Shown here: in pieces, positions 33,342 through 46,819 of the stretch
Layout: each line of letters begins with the position of its first letter
Numbering within the stretch: the first letter of the stretch is position 1
NCBI GenBank assembly: GCA_032718475.1
Contig: JAUCBJ010007288.1
Span: forward strand, 1 to 53,759
Direction: 5' to 3'
DNA from: Nemertoderma westbladi
Taxonomy: Eukaryota; Animalia; Xenacoelomorpha
DNA length: 53,759 bases
Made by a program: the position numbers and the translations under genes
The notes under the pieces: model-generated
The model's input: only the letters and a program-made list of their open reading frames with translations
Database searches by the model: none
What the model was told of the DNA's origin: nothing

Positions 33342-34627
33342 ACAGATGGTCACAGTTGGAGGAAGTGTTAACAGTGGTTTAACGAAGTTTTGGTTCCCGA
33401 GATTCGTATCTTAAAGCTTTACTGGAAGAAGGTGGTGAGGTAAACGATAAAGTAGTTTGCAAAAAGTCTCACTGTTTCAGTTGGGATTTATTGGTCATAC
33501 CTCGATCACGATCGACCTAATGATACCTACTTGCAGTTCAAGCTTATCCTACCTAACCTGCTAACCTCCCATACTGCTTCGATCTTTTGTCATTCTTACA
33601 TCTGACAGAAAAATTAGAACTTAGAAGCAGTCTGTAACGACACGAGTTCCTTGCTGGTGGAGGCTGCTATTGCAAAATCAATAGCCCAGGAGGAGCCAGG
33701 TTGCCTCGGCTCCTAACCTTCAAGATAAACCTCCAAAGGCTATGTTAATGGTGTAGTGACCGCACCCTCCACTCTTGTTAAATACATTCAAATCCAGGCT
33801 GAATAGGCCTACTCACTATAAGCATTTACACTTGAAATTTATGCCATCGTGGTGGGACCCCACATAAACCGTCCAAAATCTGCCCTACTGTCCAGTCCAT
33901 CTATCTGTAACTCTTTATCATTGTTTTATCGTATTTTAATATTTTTAATCTGACTTTTTTTATCGCCTGGGCACCTATTAACATTGTTTTATCATAATTC
34001 TGCTTTATATTATACTTTTTAATAATTTCACATAACATTTTCATTTTATTTTTTATTTCTTTGGTTTATATTACAGTACAGCAGTATTATACAATATGAA
34101 ATACAAAGTATTTTTATGTATTGTACGTACCGGTACCTGATCCTTTTAAATCCTTTTAAATCACAATTCCTCTTATTTTATTTACAGTTCCAATGCGTTT
34201 TTAATGTATTTGCAATGTATTTTTTTTTAATACCTACATATATTATTTCTTACATAGATATTAATAATTAGTGCAGTTCTCATGCCTCGTAATTAACGGT
34301 ATCAATATTTAATTATTATCCATAAACAGTTTTAGGTAGGCCTACTTATTGTATGAATTGGCTGAATTATCAGTCGTCAGTCAGTAACTGTCAGTCTGTA
34401 ATAATAAATAATTGCAATATTTATATTTGTTTAACCAGGCGCCCTCCTAGATTTTACTCCTAGTCTCTGTCTAGTATTGACGCCTACAACCTATTTTCAG
34501 TTTATTATATTTATAGGCCTATTATTTAATTAATGATTGCTATAGAGAGAGGGCTATTAACTCTTCCAGTCTACAGCAATATATTATTCATTTATGTATT
34601 TGGATTACCGGTAATTAAATTGTAGTT

Positions 34628-36277
34628 ATGAAATCTCCAATGAAAGGCAAACAGTTGGGGAATGGAAAGAGGACAATAGGCCCTAGTCCCGGGGAGATTG
34701 AGCGACTGATGAAGGAAGAACGTGATCGGTTGCGTAAACTACGAATCCAACAGGTCCGCCAGCAAAGTAAACAGTTAGCGGGGACATTGAGAAACAGGTA
34801 CAAAACCAAGATGGACTCAGAGCTGTCCAAAATGGCTAAAGAAATTCAGTACGAACACGAACTTGCCAAGGCCTTCGAAGAGAAGAAACTTAAAGATTTG
34901 TATGAGAGAAGTTCCAAGGCGGTTGGACAGGCGCATAATTACGGGTTGGATAAAGATCCTGAAATGATCGAGAAGTTGAGGGAAGATATTAAGGAGGATA
35001 ACATGAGGCGAGCGGAAGAGAGGCACATCGTGGCTGTACAGCGACAGCAGGAAGAGCGGAAGGCTAGCAGCGATTGGGCCCGGTTGGAGACACGGAGGCT
35101 AGCGCTCGAGGTTGAGAGAGAGCGGTCCCAGAACGTAGCGGCGATGGGTCGGATACAATCGGCCGCGGCTAGCGCAGTTCTTCCCGCACCAACGGAGGCG
35201 GCGACGACTCAGTCGGAAGTGTGGGCGGAGCGAGCGGCAGTCGCGGGGGCAACTGCGATGGATGCAGCGGAGGTGGAGGCGGAGAAGCTGGGGTTGTTGG
35301 AGCTGGAGGAGACGGCGGGTCGGGTTGATCAGCGGGAGAAAGCGTTGATGCGAGGGCGCGTGGCGCAGACCGAGGTGCAGCTGCGACGGGACTGGGAGGC
35401 CCTGAAGGCGGATCTCAGCGGGTTGCAGCACGGGGAGGCGGCGAAACGTAGAGAGGCGGTCGCAAAGGTGACCACGTTCCTGCCACCATCCGGGCGCATC
35501 GCCCAGACAACGGAGAAACAGGTCGCCATGGAGACTATGTTCGAGGATATGTTCATGAAGGCGACGGACTTCCAGGGGGATTTAACTTTAGTTACGGAGG
35601 GAGGCGGGGGGTCCGTGGATGGGCAGCAGGTAGAGGGTGGAACACATCGGATCCCCCAGGTGTCTGTGGCTGCGCTTCCATCTGAACAGCTATCCGGTCC
35701 TCCGCCCGGACAGCCGCCCGGACAATCATCCGGACAGCCATCAACAGCGGCCAGATTGATGCAGAAGATCCGCGGACAGCAGGCCGAGTTCCGGAGGCAG
35801 ACGGAGTTTGCTGACGACGTCCAGACATCCATCAGCGCGGACCTCCTCGGTTTACAAACAGAAGTGGACGGCGTCCCTCGCGAGCGGCCGTCGCAGGATG
35901 TTTCTAACAAGAAAGTTAAAGATTACCTGAGTAACAGACTGGATGAGGGGGGTCTTTGTGCCGGAGTTGGTAGTGCTGAAGAGGAGATCATAGCGGGGTC
36001 GTTTAATCCCTCCGGGTTCGTTATTGGTTTACCGGACTCTTTGGGTTCCAGCACCGTGTCCGCAGATCCCGCAAGTATCGAGGTGGAGAACTGTGTCCCA
36101 CCTGCCGCATTTCCTGTCCCCGATGTTCCACTCACTACTTCCTTAGTCCCCGCTGTCCCACGACTCCCACCCACTAGTGTCGTTGTTCGTGCTGTCCAAC
36201 CCATCGCAGTCCCTGTCTTGACAGATTTAAACAGACACTGTCTATTTTCCATTGTGTTTCTCGAAATCACCAACTAA
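34628..36277 (+). CDS. CEP295: Truncated CEP295 duplicate 2 (one R>K change)
   Basis: As duplicate 1, with EAAKRRE instead of EAARRRE. Confidence 0.7.
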   Translation: MKSPMKGKQLGNGKRTIGPSPGEIERLMKEERDRLRKLRIQQVRQQSKQLAGTLRNRYKTKMDSELSKMAKEIQYEHELAKAFEEKKLKDLYERSSKAVGQAHNYGLDKDPEMIEKLREDIKEDNMRRAEERHIVAVQRQQEERKASSDWARLETRRLALEVERERSQNVAAMGRIQSAAASAVLPAPTEAATTQSEVWAERAAVAGATAMDAAEVEAEKLGLLELEETAGRVDQREKALMRGRVAQTEVQLRRDWEALKADLSGLQHGEAAKRREAVAKVTTFLPPSGRIAQTTEKQVAMETMFEDMFMKATDFQGDLTLVTEGGGGSVDGQQVEGGTHRIPQVSVAALPSEQLSGPPPGQPPGQSSGQPSTAARLMQKIRGQQAEFRRQTEFADDVQTSISADLLGLQTEVDGVPRERPSQDVSNKKVKDYLSNRLDEGGLCAGVGSAEEEIIAGSFNPSGFVIGLPDSLGSSTVSADPASIEVENCVPPAAFPVPDVPLTTSLVPAVPRLPPTSVVVRAVQPIAVPVLTDLNRHCLFSIVFLEITN

Positions 36278-37563
36278 ACAGATGGTCACAGTTGGAGGAA
36301 GTGTTAACAGTGGTTTAACGAAGTTTTGGTTCCCGAGATTCGTATCTTAAAGCTTTACTGGAAGAAGGTGGTGAGGTAAACGATAAAGTAGTTTGCAAAA
36401 AGTCTCACTGTTTCAGTTGGGATTTATTGGTCATACCTCGATCACGATCGACCTAATGATACCTACTTGCAGTTCAAGCTTATCCTACCTAACCTGCTAA
36501 CCTCCCATACTGCTTCGATCTTTTGTCATTCTTACATCTGACAGAAAAATTAGAACTTAGAAGCAGTCTGTAACGACACGAGTTCCTTGCTGGTGGAGGC
36601 TGCTATTGCAAAATCAATAGCCCAGGAGGAGCCAGGTTGCCTCGGCTCCTAACCTTCAAGATAAACCTCCAAAGGCTATGTTAATGGTGTAGTGACCGCA
36701 CCCTCCACTCTTGTTAAATACATTCAAATCCAGGCTGAATAGGCCTACTCACTATAAGCATTTACACTTGAAATTTATGCCATCGTGGTGGGACCCCACA
36801 TAAACCGTCCAAAATCTGCCCTACTGTCCAGTCCATCTATCTGTAACTCTTTATCATTGTTTTATCGTATTTTAATATTTTTAATCTGACTTTTTTTATC
36901 GCCTGGGCACCTATTAACATTGTTTTATCATAATTCTGCTTTATATTATACTTTTTAATAATTTCACATAACATTTTCATTTTATTTTTTATTTCTTTGG
37001 TTTATATTACAGTACAGCAGTATTATACAATATGAAATACAAAGTATTTTTATGTATTGTACGTACCGGTACCTGATCCTTTTAAATCCTTTTAAATCAC
37101 AATTCCTCTTATTTTATTTACAGTTCCAATGCGTTTTTAATGTATTTGCAATGTATTTTTTTTTAATACCTACATATATTATTTCTTACATAGATATTAA
37201 TAATTAGTGCAGTTCTCATGCCTCGTAATTAACGGTATCAATATTTAATTATTATCCATAAACAGTTTTAGGTAGGCCTACTTATTGTATGAATTGGCTG
37301 AATTATCAGTCGTCAGTCAGTAACTGTCAGTCTGTAATAATAAATAATTGCAATATTTATATTTGTTTAACCAGGCGCCCTCCTAGATTTTACTCCTAGT
37401 CTCTGTCTAGTATTGACGCCTACAACCTATTTTCAGTTTATTATATTTATAGGCCTATTATTTAATTAATGATTGCTATAGAGAGAGGGCTATTAACTCT
37501 TCCAGTCTACAGCAATATATTATTCATTTATGTATTTGGATTACCGGTAATTAAATTGTAGTT

Positions 37564-39858
37564 ATGAAATCTCCAATGAAAGGCAAACAGTTGGGGAATG
37601 GAAAGAGGACAATAGGCCCTAGTCCCGGGGAGATTGAGCGACTGATGAAGGAAGAACGTGATCGGTTGCGTAAACTACGAATCCAACAGGTCCGCCAGCA
37701 AAGTAAACAGTTAGCGGGGACATTGAGAAACAGGTACAAAACCAAGATGGACTCAGAGCTGTCCAAAATGGCTAAAGAAATTCAGTACGAACACGAACTT
37801 GCCAAGGCCTTCGAAGAGAAGAAACTTAAAGATTTGTATGAGAGAAGTTCCAAGGCGGTTGGACAGGCGCATAATTACGGGTTGGATAAAGATCCTGAAA
37901 TGATCGAGAAGTTGAGGGAAGATATTAAGGAGGATAACATGAGGCGAGCGGAAGAGAGGCACATCGTGGCTGTACAGCGACAGCAGGAAGAGCGGAAGGC
38001 TAGCAGCGATTGGGCCCGGTTGGAGACACGGAGGCTAGCGCTCGAGGTTGAGAGAGAGCGGTCCCAGAACGTAGCGGCGATGGGTCGGATACAATCGGCC
38101 GCGGCTAGCGCAGTTCTTCCCGCACCAACGGAGGCGGCGACGACTCAGTCGGAAGTGTGGGCGGAGCGAGCGGCAGTCGCGGGGGCAACTGCGATGGATG
38201 CAGCGGAGGTGGAGGCGGAGAAGCTGGGGTTGTTGGAGCTGGAGGAGACGGCGGGTCGGGTTGATCAGCGGGAGAAAGCGTTGATGCGAGGGCGCGTGGC
38301 GCAGACCGAGGTGCAGCTGCGACGGGACTGGGAGGCCCTGAAGGCGGATCTCAGCGGGTTGCAGCACGGGGAGGCGGCGAGACGTAGAGAGGCGGTCGCA
38401 AAGGTGACCACGTTCCTGCCACCATCCGGGCGCATCGCCCAGACAACGGAGAAACAGGTCGCCATGGAGACTATGTTCGAGGATATGTTCATGAAGGCGA
38501 CGGACTTCCAGGGGGATTTAACTTTAGTTACGGAGGGAGGCGGGGGGTCCGTGGATGGGCAGCAGGTAGAGGGTGGAACACATCGGATCCCCCAGGTGTC
38601 TGTGGCTGCGCTTCCATCTGAACAGCTATCCGGTCCTCCGCCCGGACAGCCGCCCGGACAATCATCCGGACAGCCATCAACAGCGGCCAGATTGATGCAG
38701 AAGATCCGCGGACAGCAGGCCGAGTTCCGGAGGCAGACGGAGTTTGCTGACGACGTCCAGACATCCATCAGCGCGGACCTCCTCGGTTTACAAACAGAAG
38801 TGGACGGCGTCCCTCGCGAGCGGCCGTCGCAGGATGTTTCTAACAAGAAAGTTAAAGATTACCTGAGTAACAGACTGGATGAGGGGGGTCTTTGTGCCGG
38901 AGTTGGTAGTGCTGAAGAGGAGATCATAGCGGGGTCGTTTAATCCCTCCGGGTTCGTTATTGGTTTACCGGACTCTTTGGGTTCCAGCACCGTGTCCGCA
39001 GATCCCGCAAGTATCGAGGTGGAGAACTGTGTCCCACCTGCCGCATTTCCTGTCCCCGATGTTCCACTCACTACTTCCTTAGTCCCCGCTGTCCCACGAC
39101 TCCCACCCACTAGTGTCGTTGTTCGTGCTGTCCAACCCATCGCAGTCCCTGTCCAAGCTGTCCCATCCGCCCCTGTCCCAGTCCCCACTGCCCTACCAGT
39201 TGTACTCCCTGCCCACTCTGTACCATCCGCCACTGTCCCAGTCCGCACTGCTCCACCAGCTGGAATCCCAGTCCCGGTGGAACTCACAACGAATCGCTCC
39301 ACCGACGATATCGACGTTATCCGAGAGTTCCAACAACGACTTCTCTCCAACCGCGGCGCTCCGATCTCTACCGCTGATGTTTCCTCTTCCTCCCGCGACG
39401 ACTCCGTTAGTTCCGCTAAGTTTGCTCTCCTTTATCCCAACTTGGCTAGACATCTGGGCGCTGTTTCCGGTCCCCAGACCGCATCCGGTGACGTCACTTC
39501 CGGCATCCGTCCAGTCCAATGTAGAACTGCAGGTGTCGTGGGTGCTGCAACTTCTAGAGACTCAACCAGTTTACTCGCCAACACCCCCAGTTTACACCCC
39601 GACTCCATCGGTTTACTCCCTATAACCTCCGATATTTGCAACTCCATTGAGGCCCCAAACGGTGGACGAACTTTTCAAAACCAACAAAACGATGTGCGGT
39701 ATAAATTCGCCCAGGGAAAAGACGGAGAGGAACTAATAGGAAGGTCCGACCCGGGAATTCGGTACGAAAATCTCGATAACGAGACTGGAAGGCGAAACAG
39801 AGAGATGTTGAGGAGGTTACTGGAGTCGAGAAAATCGTCGTTGGAGAAATACAAACAG
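37564..39858 (+). CDS. CEP295: CEP295/Ana1-like centriolar protein, first coding exon
   Basis: SPGE..RLRKLRIQQVRQQ, LY..S..AVGQAH, ALEVERERS, KALMRG, ARRREAV, FEDMF...GDLTL parallel the human CEP295 N-terminus; donor CAG|GTAGGT, phase 0. Confidence 0.85.
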
Positions 39859-40028
39859 GTAGGTGAAATGCAAACAGAAAGTACTATTATTTGTAGATGT
39901 AAAGGCACAGAGGTTATTGACGGCCAACGAAATACACAACGATTGTTGATTTGAACATTGCAAATATAAGTTGATAGTCTTGAAGCAGAACCTCAAATCA
40001 TGTTGATCATTTTTAATCATGTCATTTT

Positions 40029-42256
40029 TAGGGATGTCCCGGAATCAATATTTTGATTCCGGCCGGAACCGGAACCGGAATTCAACATGCCGGAATATTC
40101 CGGCCGGAATTCCGGCCGGAACCGGAATTTTGTATAAATTAGTGAAATACACTAAATGACCCATGAAACCTTATATTTTTTTGTGAAATAAACGAATTTT
40201 GACACGTTACGGCCTATTTTGGGGACGGGAGGGGGTAGGCCTACTTCGGCGTTATACGACAGGGAATTCATTGTTTTTTTTAGAAACCTATATCATTGGC
40301 CAAAAGTTAGGTTTTTAGGCTCATACTTAAAAACCTAAGTTGACCAGAGGTTTCGGGTTTCCTGGTTTCGCATCATTAGGTCGTTTAGTGTAATATCCTG
40401 GTGTCGTTAAGGGAAAGGAGCATGTTACAGTGACATGTTATTCGAACCAGAACAATAAACGAAAGTTAATAGTACATCGTACAGTTTAATTTTGCTGGGA
40501 ATAAATATATTTCGGATAAGAAATAGCTTTGCTATAAATATAAATAAACATACTGTATTATATGCAGCACCTACGACACAGGGAATATTGACGCAAGACC
40601 CAACGACCACACTTGCAGGACCTAAATACGCAGGCCTATTTGTAACCAAGTACTACTACTACTACTACTAGGATCGGCATGCTGCATTGCAGCTGCATTT
40701 TTAGGAATGCTGTGCCGGCTTGTCAACAAAATTGCACCGCCACAACTCCCTATCACCCATGACATTTGCTAGATCATCCGCATCTTTAAGGCCAGTGTCC
40801 TTTAAGATGCGTCTCAAGAAAGTCATGGGCTGTCCACCATGCTTATTCACTCCATAAGGCTACCAAAGTACAAGATTATGCACTGGCTGGTCCTCACGGC
40901 GAAAGCAATGTCCTGCAAAGCGGAGGCGATTTTGTTCTAGTGTCAAGCTTGAGGGAGCCAATGAGACACCTCCAATGTTATATAGTGTCTGGTTGGAGAT
41001 GTGTGCATTCTACTTGACACAATGAACCCGGCGTAGCATTCTTGTGAATGTGCCATCCAGAGATTTGGTGTCCTCAGCAGTTAGAGCCCAGCATGGACTC
41101 CCGTAGAGGAGTACTGGAACTACTGCTGCTCTAAATAATCGGACCTTAAGTTTCCGATTAATTCTCGGTGACTTCCAAATCCTGGAAAGCCTATTCAAGG
41201 CTGCCCATGCCTTTCCCTTACGTATATCCTTAACCAAGTAACATAAAGGACCCCCTTGGAAATAAGCTGCAAAACTTTAGGGGTAATCCTATGTTATGTT
41301 GGATAATACCAATATTAATATTATCATATTATTTAATAATTATATCAAATTAAAATAATGTAAAATCAATGAATAATAATGTAAATCAATCTAAAAACCA
41401 TTCCAATCTAAGCAAATTGTAAAGACACTCGTTAAGGCCCATGTTTCACTGGTAAGTCTTATGTCGTAAGTCAAAATATATTATGGAACACCAACACATT
41501 TGTTTCAATGGGAGCGTCTACACTCTACTGGTAAATCGTAAGTAACGACTTATGAGCGAAAGTGATTATGTCCCATGTTCCATCTTTTTTTGACATACGA
41601 CTCATGACTTATGGCATGCTGAAAGCGAGACCTGTTAAATTGTAAATGATTTTGTAAATGTGAGACTCAACTTATATTTTTGAACAAATGACTTTTGACT
41701 TATGTGTTACCAGTGGAGCAAGGGAGGTGTAATTTTGACATTCTGAAAACATTCTGAAGACAAAATCTGAAAACGACTTATGACTCACCAGTGGAGCACG
41801 GGCCCAATGCATTTCATAAAAAATCTTCTGAACGACAAAATATTTTATAAATGTGAATTAAGTTGCATTGGATCTGGCATTCTATCTGGAGGTTGTGGGT
41901 TTGAACCTCGCATGGGCCACGGCAGTTTTCGTTTAGGTACGAATGATTTGAAGAGGCTAGCATGGGGTATCTATATCTGCTTTGCATCCTTAAATGGTAG
42001 CTCTAAGCTAACGGCCGAAGAAAATTTTACTTCTTTACTTTTTTTACAAGTGTTGACAAGTACTGCATCGTAAACAATAATTTTGATAATAATTTCACAA
42101 ACTAATGCAATTGGCAACTATCAAACTAGTTAGGAACCTGGTAATTCCGGTCAAATTCCGGCCGGAATTGACCCCATTCCGGCAATTCCGGCCGGAACCG
42201 GAATTGGGCAAAAACCGCCGGAATTCCGGCCGGAACGGAATTCCGGGACATCCCTA
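40029..42256. mobile_element. Non-autonomous hAT-type element, copy 2 (inverted relative to copy 1)
   Basis: Same TIRs; perfect 8-bp TSD GTCATTTT at 40021-40028 and 42257-42264. Confidence 0.9.
40653..41230 (-). mobile_element. 5'-truncated RTE-like LINE insertion
   Basis: IRKGKAWAALNRLSRIWKS..KVRLFRAAVVPVLLYGSPCW..RMLRR..RLRFAGHC; (TAG)n tail; TSD TAACCAAGTA at 40643-40652 and 41231-41240. Confidence 0.9.
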
Positions 42257-42811
42257 GTCATTTTTTAACTTACAATATATCCGCAAGGTAGAGTTGCCTC
42301 CCGCACAAGAGTAAACTAAATAGCTTACCGGTACTCTCCTAACTAAATATTGAAAGCGAAATTAACAATTGAGTCTGTTTCATTTAATGGTCAACCAACG
42401 TTGTAAAAAATAAACATTTGAATATGGCAATTATCATTGGTATTCAACAATAGCTGATATATTAAAGTGTGTAAAATCGAAAAAAAAAACAATAGTTTTC
42501 GTTCTGATATCTCAAATTACACCGGTTGCTAATAAGTCCGTTTCTTTCTATTTTCATAAAAATAATGTCAACTGATACAAATTATGTGATAGCTTTGAGA
42601 TAAATTATGGTGTGGCAAAAATTTATTTTCAGGAAAGTTTCTTCACATATTAGTGATGACGAATTCAATAGCGCATGTCTTAAAAGTGTGGAATTGTATA
42701 AAAAAGTAAAATCCGACAAAATTCGACTTAGGGCCTTATGACACTTAAGTTACGATTTAGTGTCGTCCGTTTGTTCTGTAATTAATTATATTATTATTTT
42801 ATATTCTACAG

Positions 42812-45101
42812 GTTATGGATACATCTGAGTTGCCAAGCAACGAGCCGAGTTCCGTATCACCCTACAGTGAACCCGAGGGTTACAGTTCGGGAAGTTCCAC
42901 CATATCCGATGTATCTTCGGTTCCTTCAGCTCAATTTCTAGGAATCCGATATTACAAGGAAGCCAGTCCGCCATCCCCCCGCAACGCAGGGTCCCCCCAC
43001 ACAGCTGGGTCCCCCCACACAGCTCGGTCCCCCCACACAGCTCAGTCCCCCCGCACAGCTCGGTCCCCACGCACAGCTCGGTCCCCCCACACAGCTCAGT
43101 CCCCCCACACAGCTCGGTCTCCCCACACAGCTGTTTCCCCCCACGGCGCCCGTATGTCCAGCAGCTTCGACAAAGATTCTCTGGACGGCACTCAGGACAA
43201 CTCGGAACTCACCGAACTTCTCAACTTTATCTCCCCCATCGACCGCATACCGGATTCCCTCACAAATAAACTGCGACCGTCGGCGAACCGCAATCTATCC
43301 ACGATATTCGAGGTGGAAACATCTCGAGAGGCTACTGGGGCTGACCGCTGCCTTAGCGACGGATCCCAGCCGTCTGTTGGTCGCCTTAGCAAGCCTCCCC
43401 CCGAGTCTTCCATTCGCTACGCTCGTCCCGTTGTTGTGGAGGATTCCAGTTGGGAGCGGATCTCCCCGGTAGAGCAGCGCGCCGGAGTGGACTACGCCTC
43501 GACCCGCTCCCGGGCCCGTATCGACTACAACCCCGCGGTGGTACTGGGGCCTGCGGGTAGGCCGGAACGTCTGGACCCGATAGGGGCCCCGTCCTGCACA
43601 ACCAGTCGGGTCTCCGCGGGCCAACTGAGAGACGCGCTCACCCAAATCGGTTCCCATATCGCCCAGAGTTCCTCCACTCTGTCAGAACGTTCCACCAATC
43701 CCTCAGAACGTTCCACCAATCCCTCAGAACGTTCCACCAATCCCTCAGAACGTTCCACCAATCTGTCAGAACGTTCCACCAATCCGCGAGAACTCTCCCG
43801 TTCCTACCATCCTTCCCCCTCCAACAATATCGACGGTCTCAACTTCAACTCTAATTACCTCCCGTTCACCACCCCGTACGCCTCTCAGCCCCACGGCTGT
43901 TTGACGTCACAGTATGACGTGAACGGGGGTATGACGTCAGCGGCATTCAACCGCTACCTGGAGACGCGCATGGGTTTGCCGTCGTGGGACACGTTGATTC
44001 CGGCGGAGTTGAACACATCGGCGGTCGTTACTCCCATCCCGCCGCCAATCGGCTCAGCGATTACGTCATCCGTTACAGCCGTTACTATGGCGACAGATAT
44101 CCAATCCGCGCAGAGATTTAATCCTGTAATTAAAGAGCGCGTTACAGGTCAGTCTACGTGGCACGACCTACTTAGTCAGTATAGAACCGCACCGGTAGCC
44201 ACCGAAACTGAAAGTAAATCCTTAAGATTTAGTCCACCTCGTTACGAGTCTGCGCGGTCTCATAACCAATGCGTTGCACCTCAAGCGGTGGACAGGGGAA
44301 CTGCAACACGCGCTGTTGTTGTTGAGCCTGTTGCTACGGATACTACCGTTGCTACGGATACTACTGTTGCTACGGATACTGGTCGGTATATCGATAACGG
44401 ATTCAAAGGCGATAACGTTGTGCGAATGAAAACAAGCAACCGTCTGTATCTGAAACAGTCGCCCCACACAGTGACACAATCGAATCTCCCACCGCCCGAG
44501 ATTATTGTACATCCGCCAATGGAATGTTCCCGCGATAGCTCCCCTATAAAGATATACGACCCCTCGAAGTACACTCCCGAGAAGGGCGACCAGTCAGCGC
44601 TGGGTGGCGCTCTAACCAACGGTCTACATTGTGGCGACCACCCCCAACTAACTAACGATTACGATTCTGGCGACCGCCCCCCTCTAACTAATGGTTTGGA
44701 TACTGGCGACCGCCCCCCTCTAACTAATGGTTTGGATACTGGCGACCGCCCCCCTCTAACTAATGGTTTGGATACTGGCGACCGCCCCCCTCTAACTAAT
44801 GGTTTGGATTCTGGCGACCGCCCCCCTCTAACTAATGGTTCGGATACTGGCGACCGCCCCCCTCTAACTAATGGTTTGGATACTGGCGACCGCCCCCCTC
44901 TAACTAATGGTTTGGATTCTGGCGACCGCCCCCCTCTAACTAATGGTTTGGATTCTGGCGGCCGCCCCCCTCTATCTAACGGTCTACATTCGCTCTCTTC
45001 CGATACGAGTTTCTACCCACTCCTATCGGAAGATGCTTCCTACAGTCATTACGATTCTTCTAAGTATGAAGACCAGGACGACGGAGGCTCCAGTGTAAAC
45101 G
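42812..45101 (+). CDS. CEP295: CEP295-like gene, second coding exon (disordered, repeat-rich)
   Basis: Acceptor TTCTACAG at 42811, phase 0 matching the previous exon; 763 open codons; donor G|GTAAGT, phase 1. Confidence 0.75.
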
Positions 45102-46455
45102 GTAAGTATCAAATATTACAATGTGAGTCGCAATTTTTATTTTTGCTTTCATTCTTTAGCTACAAACAAGCGTTTGAAAAAAGTGTCTCCGGTGAAATTG
45201 CACCAGTCGTTCGTAGTGTTGCAACGGGATCGGGATCCACAATTTTTGGGATTCGGGATTTTCAACTTTATTGCGGCCAAACTCATCCAAAACCTAAAAT
45301 AGCTATCAGCCCTGCCCTCCTTATAGTAGTAAAAAAACTTTGAGAAATCTCATGTAACTAATAAATGCCTAGATATGCAGAGGTACTGGCTCAGAAACAT
45401 TGATAGTGAAAACTTTAAACATTTGTATCTTTAGAATGCCTCGATGGATTTTTTGGCTTTATATATCAAATTAAAGTTCTAGATAAACTTTATAACATAA
45501 AATATATGGATTGATAAGAATTGCGATTTGCAATATAAAATTACATCTTACAGTAGACCTTGGTGTAGACCTTGAGTGTAACATATTTTTGAAGGTAAGT
45601 TTACAGTTGGCTGACGGATTTAATACATTTCCAAAGAAATTTTTTCAAAAGAAAGTTTTTTTTTTGTTATCTATTTGAAAGTTTCATTCGTTGTTTTTTG
45701 TAAAAAATTTGCCTTCACCTTGTTCATATGACAATTTGAAAGCTTTGAATGTGTCCGTTATTTTCACCACAACATAAAAGCTAGTTCATTGCACCATCGC
45801 ATGGTAACCTTTTCAACCCATTTACAGATTCGTGGGAGGGATCCAAAGTCGACTGTCTTCGAATTAGGTATAAAAATGTAGACCTTGAACGAGTAATTCA
45901 ACTGCTAATTATAACATGAATATGTGAATATATCAATATATATTGGTTTTGTAAACATTTACAGTAAATAAATAATAAATAAATAAACAAAACAATAAAT
46001 ATATAAAACTATAATGTGTATACCAATTTACCAATTTAGCAAATGTAGACCTTGGATTAAGTTTGTAAACCTGGAATAAATTCATTTTTAATCACTCAAG
46101 GTCTACATTACTTTATTCAAGGTCTACACTGTTGCTATTCAAGGTCTACATGTTAATAATATATCCAAGGTCTTCACATTGTAGACAAATTAACCAAAGG
46201 AACATTCTGCGCCCACGTTAGGAAGTAAGTTCAGCCCTATTTCGTATTGTAAGAGAGAACATACAATGGGGGAGGGGGGCTTCCCTTTAGTACATACACG
46301 ACGCGATATATACACACGACGCGATATACACACACGACGCATATAATACATACGAGACGTCAGCCAGCACCTTAAAAATGTTCACAGACTATTTTTTCAA
46401 ATGGTTCACAGGCATAGTTTATTTCCCATGCACGTATTTAATTTCACTTACGTTT

Positions 46456-46560
46456 TTAAATCCGCGTAGCGAGACCTTAAATCCGCGTAGCGAGACCTTA
46501 AATCCGCGTAGCGAGACCTTAAATCCGCGTAGCAAGACCTTAAATCCGCGTAGCGAGACC
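46456..46560. repeat. 21-bp tandem repeat x5
   Basis: TTAAATCCGCGTAGCGAGACC. Confidence 0.95.
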
Positions 46561-46819
46561 TCTAGTATTCACTCTGTTGTTGTTGGTGTTAATTTTTCGT
46601 TAGGCTGTGGTATTAAGAATTGATACGGCCCCAGTGGCTCAGTTTGCAGAGGTGGGACTTGGAATCTCTAAGTACCGAGTTCAATACCACATTCCGGTGA
46701 ATGTTCCAGTTCATGCGTTAGTAGACGCGGACCTTTGCACGATTTCGCGCCTGTTAATATAATTTCTGCAACATTTTTAGTATATCTACTGCAGTCTGAC
46801 TGAATCGCTGCCATATCTC

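Larger units (their letters stand above)
30346..39153 (+). repeat. Tandem triplication, 2936-bp unit (30346-33281, 33282-36217, 36218-39153)
   Basis: ATGs at 31692, 34628 and 37564; identical junction GTCCCTGTC|TTGACAG twice; only difference noticed is G>A at 35445. Confidence 0.97.

Noticed and set aside
31679-39908. Minus-strand ORFs overlapping CEP295
   Set aside because: Antisense shadows of GC-rich coding sequence with no recognisable domains.
39859-39954. C-terminal tails of the 796-aa and 842-aa ORFs (also 45102-45343)
   Set aside because: They lie beyond strong phase-compatible donors and run into intronic or transposon sequence.
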